Below, piece after piece: positions 53,891 through 64,000 of a stretch of DNA of 64,000 bases (within the stretch, counting starts at the first letter, position 1; every line of letters begins with the position of its first letter). The DNA is from Bugula neritina (Eukaryota > Animalia > Bryozoa), in the NCBI GenBank assembly GCA_964035545.1, contig OZ037766.1, positions 6,624,722-6,688,721 on the forward strand. The letters run 5' to 3'. The notes under the pieces were generated by a model. The model made no database searches and was not told the DNA's origin. It worked only from the letters and a program-made list of their open reading frames with translations. The translations under genes and the position numbers were made by a program.

Positions 53891-56800
53891 ATGGACAGTT
53901 CGGAAGAAGATAATTATAGTGAAGAAGTTGTTATTATAAATGACCCTGTGACTGAGACCTCTCACCCTAACAACCCGATTGAGTCTGGCAACGAGTCCAA
54001 TTTGTCAGATGATGAGTTGAGTCTCGTATCTAGTGATTATGATGTGAACGAGATAGCTATATCTACACCGCCTGACATGGTAGTGGATGGAGTTGAGGCT
54101 CCCGGAGAACAAGAGAGGGGCATCGCTCAGGTCGGTAGCATATTAGTTGTTCAGATTTGTTCTGTCAATTATGGAAATTACTTTAAATTTGTCTGTTTGA
54201 CAATTGATGACTAAAATGTGTTCTCTTGTTATGATTTTAGCTGCTCTTTGACTACTTTAATGATGTGGACGTTCCTATAAGTGGTAAGTTTATGCCTGAA
54301 GTCTGCTTTTTGAATCTCAGCTTTAGATAGAGTTTATATACATGGTTTTGATAAAATAGAATGTCCACTGTTGATAGAATAAAGTTTGAAGTGTATCATT
54401 TTTAGGGTCTTATAATATTTATTTACTTATTTTTAAGTTTAATTGATTTTTAGCAAATGTTTCAAGCACTTGTTCGTATTTTGCAGTCTAATTCAGTTAT
54501 GCAGTACTGTGTCTATAACACTTCCCTTGAACTCATGCTGTGTCTAAATTTGGCAACATCAAATAAAGATAATAAAAAATGTTATTCTTAAATTCAACTG
54601 CTGCTTCATATATTTTCCCTCTATACAGGAAAAATAGATTATATTTCTGGCAACAAAATGTAGTATGACCATCTGTAAGCAGATTAGCACAAAGGATGTT
54701 TGATTTCATAATATGATATTATCACTTATCACTGTTATAGTAAACTAAGCTATGCAGCAGATACTAAATATGATGTTGCAGAAGCCAGTAAATTTTATTT
54801 CTAAATTTTGGTTTTTGTCCCATCTACATACATTAGATATGTGGGTACACACCATATATATATAGTATTATATATATACACATATAGAGTGAATATACAA
54901 TATATACATATGTATATATTCACACATATATGTATATGTATAATTATAACACACCAGTACATTCATGTGTAGATGACTCCTCGTCTAGTGATGATGATGG
55001 AGAACCTTCATCCAGGATCATCACGTTTGACCAAAGCACTCCTTCTGCTCATATGGTTTGTTTTACACAAGAATATTTAAATCAGCTATATAAATAACAA
55101 ATATTTTATGTAATTAGTACTTTTGTTTGAAATTCATGTTTAATAATGAAAGAAATACATTTTATTTTTCTGTGAAGCTGAAATTTATAGAAGTAGATCT
55201 GAACAAATGACCTGATTTCTGTCTAAATTATGACTGATAAAAGCTGTTTTTATTTTGAAACTTTTCTTTGGCTTTTATTAATTATCAAGTTTGCCATGAC
55301 AACTGCCAAGTGTTTAGTTTTGTATGTAAATATTAAAATTTTTGTGTGATCTAGAGCAGCAATCACTTTGCATCCATCACAACTAGCAGCTAAGATTTGT
55401 TTTACCCAAGTCAAAGAGGTTAAAGGTTAAATGTCACCTACATGATCCTTCTATTAAAAATATTATTGATACTGCAATTTTATTCTGAGAAGTTTACCAT
55501 TGTATGTCGGTAACTGCTGAAATTGCCATGCTCTATGTTTGGGCTCTAAACCAAGAGACATAACTCCAATGTAAGAACTGAAGCAATATCACATAATTCT
55601 AAACAATGCACAAATTTCCCCGGTTTTCTTGTTGTGCTCTCTGTAACTGAAGGTAACTTTAGAATGGTCTACCTTTTCTAGTACCTTGGAAATAGCATGG
55701 AAGACGTGCAGGGAAGGACACTGTTTGACGAGGAGACTGTCCAGGTGTTACCTGCCTACATGAAGGCTGGAGTTGTCCTCATGCCTGGACAGACCCTGCC
55801 TCTGGTTTTACACGATCAGTCTGAAATAGACATGATGAAAACAGCTCTTGACGAGGAGAAAACTCTTGCAATATTACACCATGAGTACGTCTTGTTTACA
55901 TATATATATTCAGTAGATGGTTTACATGATACTGTAGGAGTTGGTATTTGAGGTTTATTTTTAATTTTCTTCAATCTTGAATGTACGAAAAAATTATACA
56001 TCAATTTAATTTCGTCCATATTTTTGTTGGTAATTTGAAGGGGTTACTCCTTTGTAAGAATTTATATACTCTTGCTCTACTCTAACACCAGCACTTCAAT
56101 TCTAAGCAACATGTTTATTGGTTGCAGGCCGCGTCGCAGGTCCTCTTCCAGCGACAGTTTCCATAGAAGTCAAGTAGCCGATATTGGCACCACAGCGCAG
56201 GTTCTCTCTATGTCCTCCGACAGGACTGAGTCTGGTTCCAGGGCTAAAGTCATTACTAAGGGTCGGCAGAGGTTTACTGTAATCAACGTCATGCATAACC
56301 AAAGGTAAGCAGCATGATGGTGGAGCAGTTTTGTGTGACCTTTCACCTATCGTTACACTTGTAAACTAGTTTAGTTGCCATAAAGTTATTTCAGGTTTTA
56401 TCAAACTGAAAGGTCAGCTATCAACCCATGATGATATGAAAATATCTATTCACAGTCATTATTTCCTCATTGGCTAAAGTTGTAATTGCACTCATCTTAA
56501 TGTAGAAATTCTATCAATTAAGTCAAGTTTTTTTCCTGTTGCCTTCATACAAATCATGTAAAGATATTTTATAGAGTGTTGACTGCTAGAGTCAAGATAT
56601 TACCAGAAAGAACTTTTGGGGAACCTTTGCAAAATGTTATTCCTTTCTCACACTATAAGCCTAGAGCCAAGCATAATTCCGCTTCTAAGTTTGACAATCT
56701 GGGCATATGTACCAACGAGCACCTTCCAAAGAAACCGGTACGTAACTGCCAACTGGTTATGTGTAAGTCGTCAGTTCATATCGGTATACTTTGTGTGAAC

Positions 56801-58823
56801 AGTTGCAAACTGTTGTGATTTAAAGCTGTTCTTATTGGCTTACTCTGTAAAATGTGATTATTCTTTGTTATATAGATTTTGTTTAGCATTGAGGTTTCTA
56901 ATCTTTTGAGAAAGTTTAACTATTTCGTAAAGTTTTTTTTAGACTTTTTTTTTAAAATTTATTCTCAATACTGCACCAACAGAAGGTGAAAACACCTAAT
57001 GTGCCACTATAATATTACGTTGGTTAGCTCGGATTGTATTCATGAAGAAATACTCCTGCCTCATATGTGAAGAACCTTGTTGGCAATTTTTCATTGCTGA
57101 GAATAATTTGGAGCTATTATTCCTTTTTTTGGATGAATGAATAACTTCGAGTTGATATTTTAACATGAACACAAAATGTTGTAATAATAATTCATTAACA
57201 GCCTTTGGTAATAGCCACACCTCTAGCACACATATATCCTGTATGTACAGTTTTTTTACTTACGCTCACTTAACTTGTGGGTGCTTGTAATAATAGTAGT
57301 AATACAATTTTTGTTTCAGGTCAGGAAACACAATCAATGTGCAAATTTTACAGCTTGGCCTGATTGGGTTTACAGTCAATATTCTCCTGTAAGTCAATTA
57401 TCAGCAATCTACATGCGCATGTAGTAAATACTTTTGTGAACACATTACTTTTTTCCAAGTTTTCCATTAATTTTTTAACAACCAAGCTTTAATTATTTTC
57501 TTGTTTGTCTAATACATAACTACTGAGCATTAATAATATGGAGTGTAAGTAACTGCTTTGATTATATTGTGTAACCACTAATATGTTCTCTCCATTGCCA
57601 TACATTTGAATCCTTAGGAGGGGTTGATGTGCAAACTCCGCCAGGAGATAAGAAAGTGGGGTGACCGAACTTATAGCGTGATCAACAAGATCAACTGCCC
57701 GGATCACATGGCCTACTGGCTGGCCGACAACATACCCATTACAGACGTTCACAAGCTGCAGATCTTATCTCTGCATTCCAGTATTCAGCGACTCAGACTT
57801 GAACTTCATCTCATTCAAAACGTAAGCAAGTCATTGTCAAACTTGCATGTTTTAGTCGGTAGTCGTCTTTCTTCTGCGTTTCACCATCTGATTACCCACC
57901 TACCATGTCAACCCTTTATGCTGACCTAGTTGTTACCAGCAGTGGTAGTTGACTAAAGACATACTGGGATAATTTAACACACAGAATAATATGAAAATAT
58001 ATTTTATTTTCTACGTCACGTCATTGTGTCTTATCAAATAGTGAATTAAGTGTGTAACTCTGCATGCTAGATGGTCACTGGGCTATGACTACTCTTCTCT
58101 CTCCTAGTGACTGTTGTGATATAAAATGCTGTGTTATAAAACCTGTTCTACTTATTTTAGTACAAAAGTCTCACGTGCCGAAACTGCAATACACTGATAG
58201 CCAAAAGATCTGATATATTTAGCCTGTCATTCGAGGGTCCTATGGGGACGTTTGTGAACCCTCATGGCTGTGTTCATGAAACCCTCACTCTTCGAAAGGC
58301 CAAACATTTGTCTTTGCGCGGTCGTACCCAAACAGAGTTCAGTTGGTATCCAGGGCAAGTATTTCTATTTCATATTGAACGTTGAACTCACAACTATTTA
58401 CATAGCTAATTTATTATTTGACTAATTCGATGACTTGGCTGGTGGTATTCATCTTATTTGATGTCTAACTTTTCTGTAGTGAAAACTGTCTAACTTGCTT
58501 TTTGTACAAAACTCTGAGAAAAATGAAATGTAAAATTTTGTAAGCATGCATTAAAAATTACCAACAGTGTGGGCTAATTTTAGTAACAATCTTATGACAA
58601 CTGATACAAAAATTCTAGTGTGTAACAAAGTCTGCCTTCTTTGTTTAGATATGCGTGGACAGTTGTCAACTGTGTGGAGTGCGGCTCACATAAGGGATGG
58701 AGATTCACTTCTAACGAGCTGCATCCACCCATGTTTTATGGACTTACTCGTAATGGTCTCAACTTTGTTATTCGACGAGATCCCAGCTTATCAGAAGTTT
58801 CGCCGGAAACATTTGTGTTTTAA
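53891..58823 (+). CDS. CRBN: Cereblon, 516 aa; exons 53891-54130, 54241-54283, 54973-55055, 55682-55884, 56128-56304, 56575-56737, 57320-57388, 57618-57821, 58161-58354, 58649-58823
   Basis: TFDQSTPSAHMYLG..MEDVQGRT, LON-N motif VLMPGQTLPL, KGRQRF, WPDWVYSQY, CRNC...VNPHG.VHETLT, SWYPGYAWT..CVEC.SH.GWRF (tri-Trp pocket and Zn cysteines). Confidence 0.95.
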
Positions 58824-60310
58824 GTCATACTGGTTTTAAGAGGAGTTCAGCTGAGCACCTTCAAAATTTATTATTTACAAGCCACTCATCAACTGGTCTT
58901 ATTCTGCAATCTCATATCAATAACTTTGGTGTAAGATATGGGAACTAGCTCTTAGTATTACTATTATATAGCATGCCAGTCAATACTCATTATTAAGAGT
59001 TATCCTAACACTGCTTAACAGGGAAAACTTCTATGTAATGTAACAATCTGAAGCAGTACCTGCCATGCTATTGACAATCTCTACTATATTTATGGTCATT
59101 TGATGTGCGCATTTGAGTTTATGATTTATATACCTGTGCAGCCATGATGTCTTGTAAACTGTTTTTGCTCATAGATATTTAGTATATTTTTTAATACGGA
59201 TTATTATGCTAACATATAGATTTGTCAATATGCATTCTTTTGAAACATGCATACACTTACTTAGCTGTAAGTCTAAGACGTTTACCTTTACTTCACAGAT
59301 TGGGCTTACAATGCATTGCAACATTGATAGAAGCACAAGACTATCACTGTGTTGTAATCATGTACACACTTGGCATATATTGTATTATATTGGTCAACTT
59401 TATTTACCTGAAATATTGAGTGGCAGCTAAATTGTTGAAAGTTTTTCTGCCACTTGGCACTTTTTATATATTATATTATATTTAAATTTGGTCACCTTTC
59501 CTTTTGGTCACCTTTCACTGCTGTGCTCCTGCGCGGGTGGCGGGATATTATATCAAATTTATCGGACATAAAAATATGTGCCCAGAAAGACAGGCTTGCA
59601 GAAATGCTGAGGTGTCATTTGAATGTATTATATAAAGTTATATTATTGTTTTTTCTTATGCTGTAAAAATGTTTACAGTATTAAGGACATATAGTGATTA
59701 GAACTGATAAGTCGCAACTTCCAACATCAAAATTGCTAGATAACAGAAACTCTGAGAAAAATTATACTATCAAGAATTATTTAAATCATTGGTTGGCATT
59801 ACATTATATGTTTGCTAGAGAAGTAAGAGCTATTCTTCAGCGTGACTGGAGTATATATCATTGCAATCGTAGCATTAAACAAGATGTTCCCTGTTCCGCA
59901 GTTGATATATTCAGCAGTTTCATGTTTATTAAATGACGGAAAAACTCTAATATTGTTACAGTATTTAGTACATATCAAATAGTAAAGTAAAAGGATAATT
60001 AGGCTGTTCAATTAAACTTTATTTCCAGGCTTTGTCCAAATGAGCAGAAAAAAATACCCATTAATAATGTTCAAAACCATGCATATAGTGAGTTACACTA
60101 TTGTAAACATGTGATGGTAGATTTTGTTAACCACAAATTCTCACAACACAACAATCATAAAAACAATTCTATAGATAATCATGGTAGAATTTTCTCATTA
60201 AAATGCTATAAAAGGAATGATCACTAAGTCTTGATGTACACACAAAAAATGCGTACGAATTAAAGATGGTAGGTCATATTGTTCCCTCCGGTTGTAGCAA
60301 TTTTAAGCCG

Positions 60311-63300
60311 TTAGACAGATATGCTACCTTCTCTAAAATTAGTTTTACCAATCAGACAATTTAAAAGAATGCTTGTACCATTACGGCTGTCAGCAAATGC
60401 TTTCTTGAAAATCTCTCTCATCTCTGATTGGTTACTTCTGTCTATCTTCAAACCATCTCCTCCGTATCCCTTGGCAACCAACTCATAGGATGAATACTAA
60501 AATATCATGAGATACATTTACTGGTAAAACAAAACCCATGAACATATATGCAGCCTTTAAAATAAATGTACACTATGAAAAATATAATCATAATTCACAG
60601 GTAACACTATTACTAAATGGCCTATTTTTAGTCCTCAGTCTACTCTATGACTCACCTCTAGTCCACAGGCTACATTGCTACCAAACATCGGGACTTGTTC
60701 TCTCGATATCTGTGTCCACCCAGCATCGTTTCCAACCACTGCAACAACTGGAGTCTAAAAATATCAACAAAACAAATTATATTCATTAAAAACAAGTTTA
60801 AGTGAGAATTGACAGAATTTTGATTTTATAACAGAATATATAAAAACATTCAACAGGTATGCATTTAACAGGTATGTTCTGCATAAATTATCTTTCTGAT
60901 CACACCGACTTAGTATAAGATACAATATATTAGCATGTTTCACACTGCATGAAATGGTTATAAATAGGTTTGATTTATAACAGTTGATGTAAACAAACCA
61001 ACAACAATAAATCACAGCATGAAGCTGTTGCATAGCATAAATTATTAACCAACTTCCTAAAAATAACTAAGTATCCAACACTCTGCATAGAAACACTCAA
61101 TATAATAGACTATAGACTACCTTATGGCGTGTAAATGTATCAAACTCAGCCACGCTGTAACCTAATGATCCGTCTCCATATATAATAACAACATCACAGT
61201 CTGGTCGGCAAAGTTTAGCACCTAAAGCAAACCCACCGCCAACTCCAAGTGTTCCGAAAGCACCTGGATCCAGCCAGAGTAGAGGTCCACGTGGTCTGAT
61301 AACACAGTACAACAGCTATGATCACATGCATGTAGCTATTAGTATTCCCAGTCTATACTTTCTAGAACTAGCAATGATGTAGGATAGGAATATAGGAACA
61401 ATCTAATAAATTTTAAATATTTCTCTACTTCAGCCCCAAATCTTACTTTAAAAAAAGAACACATAACCAGATAAAACCCCAAACCAAAGCAATAATGTTG
61501 TGTAACCAAGTAAATGCTAATAATTCATTTCAAACAAACACAACGCTTAGTAAAAATCAGAGATAGTAACAAAGACTATTAAATTTTTTTTAATTTGTTC
61601 AGTTGGCTGTTTAAAATAAGAGGAAACAACTCCTATAATATGCAGTGAGAATCATATTTATATTTATTCAGATGCATCATAAATAACAACATACTGCTCG
61701 AGGGTTTACTACCTGAGAATATATGCTGCCGTCCCAACAAAGTCCCCTCCGTCAGCCACCATCAGCGTATTATCTGAGGCCTCCTCTTCCAGAGTCTGTA
61801 AAACCTTCAGAGGGTTCAAATGTTTGTCAGTTTCCTCCTCACTCTTTTTCCTGAACACCGAATTGCATGATTGAATATAGCATAACATACTAATATAAAT
61901 GAGCAATTGAATATATTATAATATCATACTAGCATATATATGAGTAACTGAATATGTTATATCATACTCACATATATATGAGTAATTTACTTGCTAAAGA
62001 AACTATAGCAATATAAAGCAATGGTTTGCACACATAATCGACATTGTGCCAATATAAAAAACAAGTTATGCTATGGTATATAACAGATAGTATTTTAATA
62101 GAAATAATCTTATTTTACGTCATGCTGGATATAGCATTTAATGCAGCGTAAACTTTAGCTAGCGACAAAGAGAAGACTACCACTTTACCTGTTGGCGACC
62201 TCCTTTTCCACATCCCTCTGTTTCAGTTTGTTCACCCAGTCTGCATCCACATGCAGTTTACCCAGTCTCTTCTGTAAGTCAACTATGAATGTTCCAGCAT
62301 CTGCCTGCACAGCTACCGTTGGTTTCCAGAACATGTCTGAGTTCCTCCATAGCTGACCTTTGTCTCTGTTCACGGCAATAATCTTTGCTTTTCTGTTTAA
62401 TGATCTGCCATAGCTCAGGCGGAAATCACAAACAGAACCTAAAGCAGTGCATGAAATATACTAGCTACTATTTTAGTTTCCGTCATGCAAGTGTTGCTTT
62501 ATTTCTTATACTTAATTCATGTTTCCTGTGTGAATGCCAATTTTGAAAACTACAAATGAATATTACATCTCAGGCTTTTTTCAAAAACGTCAAACCTGTT
62601 TATATCTCAGTCCTTGTTTTACTTTTAAAACCTACTCACATATACCAACTATATCCACAATTTATTGTAATACCTTAGTTGTAGCTATAATTTACCCACA
62701 CTGTTATCTTACTGCTAGAAACACAAGTGTAAATACCAACATAAACTGGAAAGAGCAGCCATAAACACAACCAGGAGTTCAGAGTTACACACCAATCAAG
62801 GTAATGAACAGCATACCTAAGAGAATAATAGTGTCGGCTTCCTTCAGGCATTCTCCTCTCTTCTGACGACATTGAATATCAGAGTTCTTACCGAGTAGAC
62901 CGCGAGACATGCCACCCAAGTAACAAGGCACACCCAACGCCTGTAACACACATCAACTAACAACCTGTAGAAGTAAAACTAAGCACATGTATTTATTATG
63001 CGATGTCTATGAAGTTTATTTAATGATGGTTATTGAAAGTATAAATGCAACCCACACCTCTAAACTCTGTCTAATCTGGTCGGCTGGAGTTGGAGGCAGC
63101 AATGTTTGGCTGCCGATGACTATAACTGGAGTCTTGGCTTTAGAGAGAATAGCAGCTGCTGTGTTAACTACAAATAAAAAAAGTTACTATTTCAAGTAGT
63201 TGTATAACAGGAGAGTGGTGGTTTCACAGAAACACTCGACATTGAATAGTAAATATAACAGAAATATATGAGTGGATATTTCATTATGCTGAAAAAACAG

Positions 63301-63792
63301 AACAAATTTATTAGAGTAATTATTCAGCTAATTCTCCTTGAAAGCTGATTCACATTTTTGTCCTTCCTAAAGTTATTAATTTGTTAGGTGATGGCTGGCT
63401 GGTCTACCATTTCATCAAAGGTTCAAACCCATCTATTCTATATTTTAGAAAAAGTAAAAAGTGATTAAATGCATTAGTAATTTATCCTAGACAGATGCTA
63501 CCTTGCATGGAATTTTATGTAGCTATTTGGAACAGGACAGAGCGAATAGGTGAGAATTTTTAACTGCATTAGTACAAAACATCTTCTAATCACTAAACAT
63601 TTATACATATATAATTAACTATTTGAATAGTTCAACTTATACATTTTCTGTACTTTATATTTGAATGTACTGGGTAAACTATAAAACCAACCTTGTTCCA
63701 AAGAAGGCGTGGGTATATCAACAGGCAGAGGAGTCGTGTCCCTTGATTCCCAGGCACCGCTGAATATATTGTTCACATAATTTTGAAGATAA
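60311..63792 (-). CDS. ILVBL: ILVBL / 2-hydroxyacyl-CoA lyase 2 (ThDP-dependent), 3' part; exons 63792-63692, 63167-63058, 62940-62817, 62438-62189, 61850-61713, 61295-61121, 60754-60656, 60496-60311; continues beyond the window
   Basis: [60 protein letters not shown], ThDP motif GDGS...GNDAGW, C-terminal [12 protein letters not shown]. Confidence 0.96.
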
Positions 63793-64000
63793 CTACAATT
63801 TAGAGAAGAAAATTAAAAATCATGCTGCAAATGAATTTAGTACAAAATCAATAAATATACAAACAAGTCACGAAATAAAAAAAAAGTTGAAAATAAATTC
63901 TACAAGAGCTGAATAACTGACAAGATAAACTTTATGTTTTTTCTGTTCTGGGTTGCAGACTAGATATTTGTTAAAAAAACTAACTTACGCATTGACAATC

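Overview
Gene-dense, AT-rich window from an invertebrate animal genome with spliceosomal introns. Exon chains were assembled by hand from splice sites and reading phase. Gene order: 3' end of an RBBP6-like gene (+); cytochrome c (-); two head-to-head ELOVL elongases (- and +); a DRAM/TMEM150-family gene (-) with a U12-type intron; ELP4 (-); a lysosomal-type GH38 alpha-mannosidase (MAN2B1-like, +) head-to-head with ELP4; cereblon (+); and the 3' part of ILVBL/HACL2 (-). Main points of interest: (1) MAN2B1 has two tandem, homologous 117-nt exons only 52 nt apart, encoding alternative versions of the catalytic acid/base loop (TMGDDF vs TEGMDF), which suggests mutually exclusive splicing of the active site. 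(2) A strand-symmetric, 3-bp-periodic mosaic tract (ANT, ATN and AAN/TTN words) fills about 0.5-1.2 kb just downstream of six inferred gene starts and was not seen in internal introns, so it may be a promoter-proximal sequence mark. (3) A Penelope-like retroelement in the DRAM intron is inserted in (TA)n, has ~735-bp inverted arms, and each arm carries a minimal hammerhead ribozyme, one of them sense to the host pre-mRNA. (4) ELP4 introns hold an ISL2EU/Harbinger-like element with ~0.9-kb inverted arms, a nested antisense coiled-coil gene or pseudogene, and a 21-bp minisatellite whose last unit forms the splice acceptor. Comparisons with human and fly proteins are from memory, not database searches.
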